64,000 nucleotides of DNA from Verrucomicrobiota bacterium (GTDB lineage: Bacteria > Verrucomicrobiota > Verrucomicrobiia > Limisphaerales > UBA11358), in NCBI GenBank assembly GCA_028872915.1, contig JAGWNY010000013.1:3550-67549 (forward strand), given 5' to 3'. Shown piece by piece: positions 48,963 through 57,525 of the stretch. The notes below the pieces were generated by a model that worked only from the letters and a program-made list of their open reading frames with translations, made no database searches and was not told the origin of the DNA. The position numbers and the translations under genes were made by a program. The number at the start of each line of letters is the position of its first letter. The stretch's first letter is position 1.

Positions 48963-49100
48963 ATCCATGAGGGTGATCAGACGGGAACGCCGGGCGGCCT
49001 GGAAAATCTTAAAATGGTTGAGGAAAATCGTCCCGAACCCCGTCCGGGCGAATTACTGGTCAGGATTCAGGCCAGCTCATTGAACTTCCATGATGATATG
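48963..49100 (+). pseudogene. Remnant of the N-terminus of a zinc-type/quinone oxidoreductase (MDR family)
   Basis: In frame with the 49014 ORF: ...GGLENLKMVEENRPEPRPGELLVRIQASSLNFHDDMVALG matches the GroES-like N-terminal ~45 aa of MDR/QOR enzymes. The similarity then stops, and the ORF ends at 49226 after 70 codons. Confidence 0.35.
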
Positions 49101-49214
49101 GTGGCGCTGGGCAGGATTTTCACCGCGCAAGCTCTTCAACAGGTCGGTGATACGATGGCTTTCAGGACAGTCGCGCCAAGTCAGAGCGTCCGCTGCCACC
49201 TTTTAGACGGCTCT

Positions 49215-50618
49215 TTACTGGCCTGAGTAGAAGGCGTCCACTTTGGCGGCGACGTCTTTGTAGCCGATGTCGGTTTCGTAGATGAGTTTGAATTGCTCGA
49301 CGGCTTCTTCTTTTTTGCCCATGTCTTCGAGGACGCAGCCGAGGCTGTAAATGAGTTCCTTTTTTTCGTCGTCGAATACGGGCTTTTCCTTGATGGCGGA
49401 TTGGAGGGTGCGGGCGGCCATGTCGAAGAGCTTGCGTTTGGCGAAGCATTTGGCGAGGTAGCCCATGGCGGCAAGGCGCTTGTGGGGATTGGACTGTGCT
49501 TTTTGAAATTCCTGGATGGCTTCGCCGATCTGGCCGGTTTGTAAATAGAGCTGGCCCATTTCAAAGCGCAGGGCGAGATCGGTGGGATATTTTTCGACCC
49601 GCTTTTTGCAATCGGAAACTTGAAATTCAAGTTTTTCGGCCCTGATTTTTTCGGCCTGGGCGGCGTGGTCGGCATCGAAGGGATTGATTTGTTCGAGTTG
49701 GAAATCGAAGCGTTTGACCATGGTATTGGAGATGGCTTGGGCGAGGGAGGGGTCGTTGCCCATTTCAGTGTTTTTGAGGCGGTCGTAATTGGCCAGCGCG
49801 CGATCGAACTGTTTTTTCTGGGCGTAAAGCTCGGCAAGGGAACGAATGAGCTTGAGATTGCCCGGCTCGTCGGGCAGGCGTTTCTCGTATTCGGCGATGA
49901 GGCGGTCGGTCACGTCCTCTGATTTTTCGACCCGTTTTTCCTGCTCAAGGGCGGAGGCTTCCTTTTTGTCCTTGAGAATGTCGCGGTAAGAGCCTTGGCC
50001 GCTTTCCAGGGCGCCATAGCCGCCCTGATCGAGGGTTTTGCGGGCGGACAGGTCTTTGAGCGCCTCTTTCAGTTCGCTGTCGTTGGGATTATCGTGAAGG
50101 AGTTCGATGAGAATGCGTTCGCCGCGATTATGTTCGCCCTGGCTTACGTCGCCGGCCTGGGCGAGGGCGCGGGCGAAATCCATGCCCAATTGTTTGTCCT
50201 TGGGCGAATTTTTCATGAGCGTTTCGTAGGAGAGAACGGCGGTTTTTGGCAATTCGAGGGTGGCGGAGGCATCCACGATGATGCGATGGGCGGCGGAATT
50301 GTGGGGATCGCCGTTGAGAATTTGTTCGGCCACGACCATGGCGCTGGCGGGATTGGTGCGCAAGAGGACCTGGGCCTTGGCGATGTTTGGGTTGACGCCG
50401 CCGAGCATTTTTTTGAAGAAACCGCGGTTGGCGCCGGCCTTGCGGAATTGGGTTTCGCGGAGGGTTTTGCGGCAATCGTAGAAGGCCGGCTCTTTTTCGA
50501 GGGCCTGATTCATGAGGGCGATGGCGTAATCGTTATTATCGCGCGCCAGGGCCTCGGTGGCTTTGGCGAACAGTTTGCGAGGTTCGCCGAGGACTTCGTT
50601 CAAGGTTTTATCAGCCAT
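49215..50618 (-). CDS. TPR-repeat protein
   Basis: 467 aa, helical throughout with repeated TPR-like A/L/Y/G spacing (e.g. EMGQLYLQTGQIGEAIQEFQKAQ, LIYSLGCVLEDMGKKEEAVEQFKLIY). No signal peptide. Confidence 0.8.
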   Translation of the reverse strand: MADKTLNEVLGEPRKLFAKATEALARDNNDYAIALMNQALEKEPAFYDCRKTLRETQFRKAGANRGFFKKMLGGVNPNIAKAQVLLRTNPASAMVVAEQILNGDPHNSAAHRIIVDASATLELPKTAVLSYETLMKNSPKDKQLGMDFARALAQAGDVSQGEHNRGERILIELLHDNPNDSELKEALKDLSARKTLDQGGYGALESGQGSYRDILKDKKEASALEQEKRVEKSEDVTDRLIAEYEKRLPDEPGNLKLIRSLAELYAQKKQFDRALANYDRLKNTEMGNDPSLAQAISNTMVKRFDFQLEQINPFDADHAAQAEKIRAEKLEFQVSDCKKRVEKYPTDLALRFEMGQLYLQTGQIGEAIQEFQKAQSNPHKRLAAMGYLAKCFAKRKLFDMAARTLQSAIKEKPVFDDEKKELIYSLGCVLEDMGKKEEAVEQFKLIYETDIGYKDVAAKVDAFYSGQ

Positions 50619-50654
50619 AGAATTGCATCAAAATGGCCCCGTTGGCCGAAAAAT

Positions 50655-51734
50655 TCAACGGCATTGCGCCTTATGACGCAACGCATGGTCCACGAGGACG
50701 AGAGCGGTCATGGCCTCGACCATGGGAACGGCGCGGGGCAGGACGCAAGGGTCATGGCGTCCGCGGGCCTTCAGGGTGGTGTTTTGGAGGCGGACGTCCA
50801 CGGTTTGCTGCTCGTGCATGACGGTGGCGACGGGTTTGAAGGCGACGTTGAAGTAGATGGTCTGGCCGTTGGAGATGCCGCCCTGGATGCCGCCTGAAAA
50901 GTTGGTTTTGGTGAAGACTTTTTTATTGGTTGCGCGGAAGGGGTCGTTGTGCCGCCTGCCGGTCATCAGAGCGCCGGCAAAACCGGAGCCGATTTCAAAG
51001 GCCTTGGCGGCCGGCAGGCTCATCATGGCCTTGGCCAGGTCCGCACCGAGCTTGTCAAACACCGGTTCGCCCCAGCCGGCGGGGGCGCCGCGCGCGATGC
51101 CGGTGATGACGCCGCCGACAGTGTCCCCGGCGCGGCGGACCCTTTCAATGAGGCGAATCATTTTTGCGGCGGCGGCCTGGTCCGGGCAGCGGGCGATGTT
51201 GGATTCGATGTCGGACGCCTTGACGGTTTCGATGGCGATGTCCGTGGCGATTTTTTGGACTTGTTTGACACAGGCGAGCACTTCGACGCCGAACCGGAGG
51301 CGCAGGATTTTTTTTGCAATGGCGCCGGCCGCGACGCGTCCGACGGTTTCGCGGGCGCTGGCGCGGCCGCCGCCCTGCCAGTTGCGGATGCCGAATTTGG
51401 CGAAATAGGTGAAGTCGGCGTGGGAGGGGCGGAATTTGTCGCGGATTTCGAGATAGGCTTCGGGGCGAGCGTCTTCGTTTTTGACCCACAGGCAGATTGG
51501 GGTTCCGAGGGTTTTGCCGTTGAAGGCGCCAGAAAGGATTTGGACGGTGTCCGGCTCCATGCGACGGGTGGTGATTTTGGACTGGCCGGGGCGGCGGCGG
51601 TCGAGTTCGGGCTGGATGTCGGCTTCGGTGAGCGGGAGCCGGGGCGGGCAGCCGTCAACGACCACGCCAACGCCGCCGCTGTGGGATTCGCCCCAGGTCG
51701 TGATGCGGAACAGATGCCCGAAGCTGTTTGCCAT
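50655..51734 (-). CDS. aroC: Chorismate synthase
   Basis: Start [51 protein letters not shown], and [10 protein letters not shown]. Confidence 0.95.
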   Translation of the reverse strand: MANSFGHLFRITTWGESHSGGVGVVVDGCPPRLPLTEADIQPELDRRRPGQSKITTRRMEPDTVQILSGAFNGKTLGTPICLWVKNEDARPEAYLEIRDKFRPSHADFTYFAKFGIRNWQGGGRASARETVGRVAAGAIAKKILRLRFGVEVLACVKQVQKIATDIAIETVKASDIESNIARCPDQAAAAKMIRLIERVRRAGDTVGGVITGIARGAPAGWGEPVFDKLGADLAKAMMSLPAAKAFEIGSGFAGALMTGRRHNDPFRATNKKVFTKTNFSGGIQGGISNGQTIYFNVAFKPVATVMHEQQTVDVRLQNTTLKARGRHDPCVLPRAVPMVEAMTALVLVDHALRHKAQCR

Positions 51735-51826
51735 GATTGGATTGTAAAAGCAGGCGGAGGGCGGCTCAATGAAAAAAGGGCGTGAGCCACGGATGCGGCA
51801 CGGACTGAACACTGATAGAAGCGGGA

Positions 51827-51852
51827 GTGTTCGGAATCGGTGTTCGGAATCG
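51827..51852. repeat. Perfect tandem duplication of a 13-mer
   Basis: gtgttcggaatcg occurs at 51827-51839 and again at 51840-51852, inside the 403-nt aroC/trpA divergent intergenic region. Confidence 0.9.
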
Positions 51853-51877
51853 GGGAGGTTGGGAGGATGGCGGAAAA

Positions 51878-51906
51878 AATCAGAGACTCCTCACGTCGTC
51901 TCCTAC
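51878..51906 (+). repeat. Short dispersed element, copy A ('ETPHVVSYG'-type)
   Basis: aatcagagactcctcacgtcgtctcctac shares 23/29 nt with copy B at 52006-52034, in the same orientation. Confidence 0.6.
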
Positions 51907-52005
51907 GGGACGGCTTGGCTGCCTGAAATCTTTGTCGAAAATGATCAAAGCTTCGTCATTGTAGTACTTATCTTTCAAAAAAACATAGCCGAGAGGCACA
52001 GAGGA

Positions 52006-52034
52006 AATCAGAGCGTCCTTACGTCCGCTCCTGC
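52006..52034 (+). repeat. Short dispersed element, copy B
   Basis: aatcagagcgtccttacgtccgctcctgc shares 23/29 nt with copy A. Confidence 0.6.
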
Positions 52035-52137
52035 CAGGAAACAATGGCACTTCCTCACCCCAAGCCTCTCCCCCCAAGGGGCAGGGGAGGGGATAATGGG
52101 CTTGAAAGATGAGTGGAGGGGCGGGAAACTGCGGCTG

Positions 52138-52938
52138 ATGAATCGCATTGAGGAACGGTTTGCGCGGCTGAAACGGGAGGGGAAAAAGGGACTTATTGTG
52201 TATATTGGCGGAGGCGACCCGAATTTGGAGGCGACCCGTCGGCTGGGGCTGGCGTTTGACAAGGCGGGCGCGGACGTGCTGGAATTGGGGGTGCCGTTCA
52301 GCGATCCGCTGGCGGACGGCCTGGTCAACCAACTGGCCGCGCAGCGCGGCCTGGAGGCGGGGGCAACTCCAGAGGGCATATTGAAAACCGTGGCGGCGAT
52401 ACGAAGGAAATCTGAAATTCCGATTGTTCTCTACATTTACTTCAATCTGATTCACAAGGCCGGGATGGAACGGTTCATCGGGGCGGCGGCGCGGGCGGGC
52501 GTGGACGGTTTGCTGGCGCTGGATTTGCCGCCGGAAGAATCGGGAAGTTATGAGGCGGAGATGCGGCGGGAGGGACTGTGCCACGTTTATTTGATTGCGC
52601 CCACGACGCCGGCGGAACGGGTGCGGGCGATTGCCAGCCGCGGCAGCGGCTTCATTTATTACGTGTCGCGGGAGGGCGTGACGGGAATGCAAAAACGGGT
52701 TGCGGCGAACCTGGCATCGCAGGTGGCCGGAATCCGGCGGCATACGACGTTGCCGGTGGCGGTGGGCTTTGGCATCTCGAATCCGGAACAGGCACGGTTT
52801 GTGGCCCAACACGCGGACGCGGTGGTGGTGGGGAGCGCGGTGGTGGACCGGATAGCGCGCCTGGGAAAATCGAAAGGGCTGGAAGCGCAAGCGGGCCGGT
52901 TTGTAGAATCGCTGGCTGAGGCTGTGAAAAAGGCGTGA
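52138..52938 (+). CDS. trpA: Tryptophan synthase alpha chain
   Basis: MNRIEERFARLKREGKKGLIVYIGGGDP, ADVLELGVPFSDPLADG, and GFIYYVSREGVTG. ATG at 52138; the upstream part of the ORF is translated repeat/intergenic DNA. Confidence 0.9.
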   Translation: MNRIEERFARLKREGKKGLIVYIGGGDPNLEATRRLGLAFDKAGADVLELGVPFSDPLADGLVNQLAAQRGLEAGATPEGILKTVAAIRRKSEIPIVLYIYFNLIHKAGMERFIGAAARAGVDGLLALDLPPEESGSYEAEMRREGLCHVYLIAPTTPAERVRAIASRGSGFIYYVSREGVTGMQKRVAANLASQVAGIRRHTTLPVAVGFGISNPEQARFVAQHADAVVVGSAVVDRIARLGKSKGLEAQAGRFVESLAEAVKKA

Positions 52939-53020
52939 GCAGCAAGAGCCGCCGTTCGGTTAAAATGGGTGGGAGAGCCAACTGGACAGTCCTCGACGGC
53001 GGCTTGCCGCCGAGCCGCGG

Positions 53021-53434
53021 TCAACTGTGGCCCAAGGCTTGGCGGACGGCGACGATGAGTTGTTCGGGACCATCCTTGGCCGCAAAAGCCGAAGCACCGG
53101 CCTCGCGGGCAAGCTGGCTGTAGTGCTGCACGTTGAACATGGTGACGGCCACGATGGGCAGCGCGGGCAAACGCGCGCGAAGTGCTTTGATAATGTCCAA
53201 GCCGCTGGAAGATTTAAGCTGGATGTCCGTAATGACGAGGTCGGGCCGGCAATCGGCAATGGCCACGATGGCTTCGGGGGCGTCCCCAGCCTGACCGCAA
53301 ACGATGAGGTCCGATTCGCGTTCAAGGGCGGCTACCATGCTCCGGCGCATCAATTCATGATCGTCCACGACAAAGACCCTGACCTTGGCGTCCGTTGCAG
53401 CGGTCGGAGGCGATAACGGCGGGGAAGGGTCCAT
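53021..53434 (-). CDS. Single-domain (CheY-like) response regulator
   Basis: 137 aa from the ATG at 53434. VRVFVVDDHELMR, the phospho-acceptor context DLVITDIQL, and no output domain. Starts 5 nt after the AraC/PocR gene stop. Confidence 0.85.
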   Translation of the reverse strand: MDPSPPLSPPTAATDAKVRVFVVDDHELMRRSMVAALERESDLIVCGQAGDAPEAIVAIADCRPDLVITDIQLKSSSGLDIIKALRARLPALPIVAVTMFNVQHYSQLAREAGASAFAAKDGPEQLIVAVRQALGHS

Positions 53435-53439
53435 CCGGT

Positions 53440-54495
53440 TCACCGGCGGGAAAGGTCGCGGCGATAGTCGGTGGGCGACTGGCCGGCAATGCGCTTGAAG
53501 GCGCGGTTGAAATGAGTGAGGGATTGGAAGCCGACTTCGAAGGCGACTTCGCTGATGCGGTAATTGGCGTTGAGCAGGAGGTTTTTGGCCTTTTCGACGC
53601 GAACGCGGGCGATGTAATGGGCGAATTTGATTCCGGTGACTTTTCGGAACTGCTTGCAAAAGTAAAAGCGGCTCATGCCGGCCTCGTGCGCAACGGCGTC
53701 GAGGGAAAGCTGGTCCTGATAATGGGCCTCAATGAACTGGCGGGCGCGCATGATCTGGGCCGGCTCGGATGAACTTTGTTGCAGCATAATTTGATTGGCC
53801 AAGGCGCCAAGCTGCCCGGCGAAGAAATTGAGCAATCGCACGGTGGCCTGATATTCCGGCTGTCCAATAACGCGGGTGCCGTTGTAAGAGCGGACGACTT
53901 CCTTTTCATCCACGTTGACGCCCCAGGCCTGAATGCGCTCCAACGCCCCGGCGGTCTGTTTGGGGGTTGGCGGCTGGAAAAAGACCTGGCCGGTATGGAG
54001 AAAGGCCACCACTTCATCGCCCACGCGGACGGCGACGGCCGATTCATTCAGGCCGAGGCTGCAACGCATGGTGCAAGGATCGCCATTGACGGCATCGCAA
54101 ACGCGTTGCTGCATCTGCAAACAGGCGGCGCAGGAGCGGCTGGCGCGGGACATCAGGGCGCAGAAGGGATTTTGGCGGGGGTCATTATGATGGGCCAACT
54201 GCCATCCGCCTACGGCGCGCAACGTCAGCGGCAGGCCGGTCGCGGCCCGAAACGCGCGTTGGTATTCGCGGAAGGTTGCGGAATGGACGAGAGCATCAGC
54301 CAGACGACGGGCAGAGCGGCCATCGGCGGCGGGCGGAGGGTTGGCAGGTTGCGGGTCTGGGTCAGTTTCAAGGGACGGAACCAAGGAAAGGGACCGCGCG
54401 CAGTGGTTTGGCGCCACGGGCGGGCGACGTTCTGACTGGATGAAATTGTCCTGAACTTTTATTGCGTTCATGGAACCAAAATACGGCAAGCGCAA
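53440..54495 (-). CDS. AraC-family transcriptional regulator with PocR-like sensor domain
   Basis: Cys-rich PocR-type region (NPFCALMSRASRSCAACLQMQQRVCDA...CSLGLNESAVAVRVGDEVVAFLHTGQVF) plus a C-terminal AraC HTH (ARQFIEAHY..LSLDAVAHEAGMSRFYFCKQF...VAFEVGFQSLTHFNRAFKR). Confidence 0.8.
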   Translation of the reverse strand: MRLPYFGSMNAIKVQDNFIQSERRPPVAPNHCARSLSLVPSLETDPDPQPANPPPAADGRSARRLADALVHSATFREYQRAFRAATGLPLTLRAVGGWQLAHHNDPRQNPFCALMSRASRSCAACLQMQQRVCDAVNGDPCTMRCSLGLNESAVAVRVGDEVVAFLHTGQVFFQPPTPKQTAGALERIQAWGVNVDEKEVVRSYNGTRVIGQPEYQATVRLLNFFAGQLGALANQIMLQQSSSEPAQIMRARQFIEAHYQDQLSLDAVAHEAGMSRFYFCKQFRKVTGIKFAHYIARVRVEKAKNLLLNANYRISEVAFEVGFQSLTHFNRAFKRIAGQSPTDYRRDLSRR

Positions 54496-54564
54496 AAGCC
54501 GGACTATTGGGAGAGAAGCGAAACGTATATCAGGCGGGAGAACTATGCCGCGTAGGAAGAATGC

Positions 54565-55281
54565 TTATCGAACAGACCGCGAATCGTCCGAAGAAGGCTT
54601 TTGGGTTGGGGAGACGTGGGAGGCGACCCAGCGGATGGCGAAGCGGTTGAATTCCGGGGTTGTTTTGAGGCCGAGCTTGTCCTTGATATGGGCGCGGTGA
54701 ACGTCCACGGTTTTGGGGCTGAGATGGAGGCGATGAGCGATTTCCTCGGTGCTCCAGCCTTCGCCGAAGAGGCGCATGACTTCCAGTTCGCGGTCGGTAA
54801 GGCTGGCTTCGGGGCCGGCTCCGACGCGGCCAGCGGGGCCGACCATGGATTCGAGAACTTTGGCGGCCATGCGCTGGCTGAGGGCGATCTGGCCGTTCAA
54901 GACGGTGCGGATGGCGGCGGCAAGGCGCTCTGGGCCTTCGGATTTCATGATGTAGCCGCGACCGCCGGCGCGAAGGACGCGGGCGGCATACAAGGATTCG
55001 TCCTGCATGGACATGGCCAGGGAAGGGAGGCCCGGATGAAGGGCAGCGATGTCCTTGATGAGTTCCAGGCCGTCCTTGTCGGGCAGGCCCATGTCCACGA
55101 GGACCAGGTCGGGCCTGGATGCGGCAATGGTCTCGATGGCTTCGCGGGCGGTGCCGACGTCGCCGCAAACTTCCATGTCCGGCTCGCGGTTGAGGAGATC
55201 GGCCTGGCCGCGGCGCATCAGGGGATGGTCGTCCACCAGAAGAATCTTTTTTTTCGGCGCGGATTGACGTTTGGCAACCAT
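54565..55281 (-). CDS. NarL/FixJ (LuxR-type) response regulator
   Basis: Start MVAKRQSAPKKKILLVDDHPLMRRG. Receiver Asp context LVLVDMGLPD. C-terminal LuxR HTH LTDRELEVMRLFGEGWSTEEIAHRLHLSPKTVDVHRAHI. Confidence 0.9.
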   Translation of the reverse strand: MVAKRQSAPKKKILLVDDHPLMRRGQADLLNREPDMEVCGDVGTAREAIETIAASRPDLVLVDMGLPDKDGLELIKDIAALHPGLPSLAMSMQDESLYAARVLRAGGRGYIMKSEGPERLAAAIRTVLNGQIALSQRMAAKVLESMVGPAGRVGAGPEASLTDRELEVMRLFGEGWSTEEIAHRLHLSPKTVDVHRAHIKDKLGLKTTPEFNRFAIRWVASHVSPTQKPSSDDSRSVR

Positions 55282-55291
55282 GATTTTTTGT

Positions 55292-56749
55292 TCATTGAGG
55301 CGGCACAGCGGCAGCGGCGGATTCAACGGCCGCCGCCGGAACGGAGCAAATGACCTCGACGCCGCCGGAGGCACCAGTTTGCACGATGAGTTGCGCTCCA
55401 ATCAAGCGGGCGCGTTGTTGCATGGTCAAGAGGCCGAGACCGCGGGGATTGGGAGGATGGGCAGCTTTTGGGAGGCCGACGCCGTTGTCGCGGACATGCA
55501 GTTCGAGGCCGCGGTTGGCATTGTTGCGGCCGGCGGGCGCCAGTTCGATGTCTATGCGGGTGGCGCGGCTGTGTTTGAGAGCATTGTGGACGGCTTCCTG
55601 GGCAATGCGATAAAGATGGCTGGCGAGGGCGGGATTGGGCAGGCGCACGGTTTTGTCGCCAGCGAAAGCGCATTCGATGGCGCGGTCATTGGCCACGCGG
55701 TCGGCGAGGCTGTCAAGCGCCTCGACAAGACCTTCAGGGCCGGGCGGGATTGCATAAAGTTCATGGGAAAGATTTCGGGCCTGGCGGAGGGCGGTGGACA
55801 ATTCGGAACAGAGCTGGCCGGCGAGAACGGCTTGGGGCGAGCCGCTCTGCCGGAGGTCGCGCTGCAATCCATTCATCAGAAACAGCAGGCCGCCCAATTG
55901 CTGTCCCAAGCCATCGTGCAGTTCGCCGGCGATGCGGGAACGTTCCTGTTCGCCCGCGGCGATGACAGCCTGTTCCAACTGCCTGCGTTCGGAGATGTCC
56001 CGGACCATGGCGGTGAAGAGGCGCTGCTGTCCGAGGCGCACCTCGGCGATGGACAGGTGCATGGGAAACCATGCGCCGTTTTTGCGGCGGGCAAACACTT
56101 CGGGTCCGATGCCGGCGATTTTGGCCTGGCCGGCGCGCAGGTCGTTGGCGATGCAGCCCTCGTGCCGCTCGTGATCGGGCGAAGGCATCAACAGATCAAC
56201 ATTGCGGCCGACGACCTCTTCGGGCGAATAACCGAACATGCGGCAGGCGGCCGGGTTGAGCGATTCCACCATGCCCCGATCATCAATGGTGATGATTCCT
56301 TCGGCGGCCGTTTCAACAATGGCGCGCGTGCGTTGTTCGCTGTCGCGCAACCGTTCCTCGACCTGTTTGCGTTCGGTGATGTCGGCGCGGATGGCAATAT
56401 ATTGGCGGGGCCGGCCGGCGGGGTCCAGGAAGGGAACAATCGTGGTGGCAACCCAATAAAAGGAGCCGTCCTTGGCGCGGTTCTTGATTTCGCCGCGCCA
56501 GACTTTTCCGTTTTGGATGGTGGCCCAGAGGTCGCGAAAAAATTCCCTGGGATGATGGCGTGAATTGATGATGCGGTGGTCCTGGCCGAGCAGTTCCTGG
56601 CGGGAATATTTTGAGATGGCGCAGAACTTATCATTGACGTAAGTGATTTTGCCGCGGGCGTCGGTGATGGCGACGATAGCGTGTTCATCCAACGCGGCCT
56701 TGAATTCGGCCAGTTCCGCCCGAAGCTGCTGCGAACTGGGTTTGGGCAT
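55292..56749 (-). CDS. PAS-domain sensor histidine kinase (HisKA_3/NarX type), cytoplasmic
   Basis: Start MPKPSSQQL. Two PAS units ([20 protein letters not shown]...; [24 protein letters not shown]...). H-box [10 protein letters not shown] and an HATPase_c domain (NALKHS..., [19 protein letters not shown]). No TM segment. Confidence 0.9.
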   Translation of the reverse strand: MPKPSSQQLRAELAEFKAALDEHAIVAITDARGKITYVNDKFCAISKYSRQELLGQDHRIINSRHHPREFFRDLWATIQNGKVWRGEIKNRAKDGSFYWVATTIVPFLDPAGRPRQYIAIRADITERKQVEERLRDSEQRTRAIVETAAEGIITIDDRGMVESLNPAACRMFGYSPEEVVGRNVDLLMPSPDHERHEGCIANDLRAGQAKIAGIGPEVFARRKNGAWFPMHLSIAEVRLGQQRLFTAMVRDISERRQLEQAVIAAGEQERSRIAGELHDGLGQQLGGLLFLMNGLQRDLRQSGSPQAVLAGQLCSELSTALRQARNLSHELYAIPPGPEGLVEALDSLADRVANDRAIECAFAGDKTVRLPNPALASHLYRIAQEAVHNALKHSRATRIDIELAPAGRNNANRGLELHVRDNGVGLPKAAHPPNPRGLGLLTMQQRARLIGAQLIVQTGASGGVEVICSVPAAAVESAAAAVPPQ

Positions 56750-56979
56750 GATTACATTCCAAAAGGCACGTGGGCGGCCACCGATACCGGAATCAGGGCG
56801 GCGGTGAAGGTCCCCAAGATGGGGTGCAGCGTGGTTGCCGAGGCCAGGATGCGGTGCAAGTTCATTGGAATAAGATTCGACGGTTAAACGCATCCGTCAA
56901 TCCTTTAACCGGAACGGCCAATGTCCAGATACCAGCGCCAAGCGCGACATATTTGTAGTGAAAAACCTGGGATGGATTG

Positions 56980-57264
56980 TCAATGCCATTGGCGGCCGGG
57001 GTAGTCGCTGAGGGCCAGGACGAAAAGGAAGATCAGCCAGACGAAGCCGGCGGAGGCGAAGAGGCGGATGAGGGCGGTATGATGGCGCAATCACATAAAG
57101 AAGGCGATGACCAGGAGCATCTGGCAAACGGCGAGAGTGAGAATGACGGCCGTCCCGGCCGGACCGATGTTGAAATGCGACAGGCCAAACCAGGAAAACA
57201 AAAGGGTCAGCAACGCCGCCCAGATGGCGATGAACAGATTTCGCGGCGGTGCGGGCATTTTCAT
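56980..57264 (-). pseudogene. Cytochrome c oxidase subunit IV-like (COX4_pro-type) ORF interrupted by an in-frame TGA
   Basis: Minus-strand ATG at 57264: MKMPAPPRNLFIAIWAALLTLLFSWFGLSHFNIGPAGTAVILTLAVCQMLLVIAFFM, then TGA (57093-57091), then in the same frame LRHHTALIRLFASAGFVWLIFLFVLALSDYPGRQWH and a stop (56982-56980). The joined 94 aa has the two-TM layout and the '..Q.L....FFMHL' motif of prokaryotic subunit IV. The TGA sits where the conserved His is expected. Confidence 0.5.
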
Positions 57265-57389
57265 GAATGGCGGCCGATCAGATAGAGAAGCGAGTAAAGG
57301 AAAATCCAGACGATGTCCACAAACGCCCGGTAAAGCCCGGCGATTTCGAGCAGCGTATGTTTGGTTGATCTTTTTGTGCCCGCCTTCAT
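57261..57389 (-). pseudogene. 42-codon ORF equal to the last helix of cytochrome c oxidase subunit III
   Basis: MKAGTKRSTKHTLLEIAGLYRAFVDIVWIFLYSLLYLIGRHS. Compare the CoxIII C-terminal consensus ..[SG]LYWHF[VL]D[VI]VW[IL]F[IL]...Y[LI].G; here WH is replaced by RA. Its stop overlaps the next ATG as ATGA. No further CoxIII-like sequence lies upstream. Confidence 0.45.
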
Positions 57390-57525
57390 TCGCCGTGGCG
57401 AATTACGGCGAGGCACGCAAGGACTTCGTGGTCTTTGCTTCTTTTGTAAATTCTTGTCAATTTTGCAAATCCATGACAACTCCAACTTGCCATTGACATA
57501 GGTTGGCGGCATAAAAATCGCACAC

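Noticed and set aside
51827-51852. Tandem 13-mer considered as a possible mini CRISPR or other array
   Set aside because: There are only two directly abutting copies with no spacers. No cas genes and no repeat-spacer periodicity occur anywhere in the window.
51769-52137. N-terminal extension of the trpA ORF (389-aa version)
   Set aside because: It overlaps the longer track version of the aroC ORF (start 51812), lies just upstream of the aroC ATG I prefer (51734), and translates the intergenic repeats. TrpA homology begins at MNRIEERF (52138).
57091-57093. Reading the in-frame TGA of the CoxIV-like ORF as selenocysteine or as a reassigned sense codon
   Set aside because: Many neighbouring genes end cleanly on TGA (the HIT gene, nrdR, the cytochrome gene), so TGA is a stop in this genome. 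Sec at a structural His position in a membrane helix has no precedent I know of, and I see no obvious SECIS-like hairpin immediately downstream. It is kept only as a remote alternative inside the finding.
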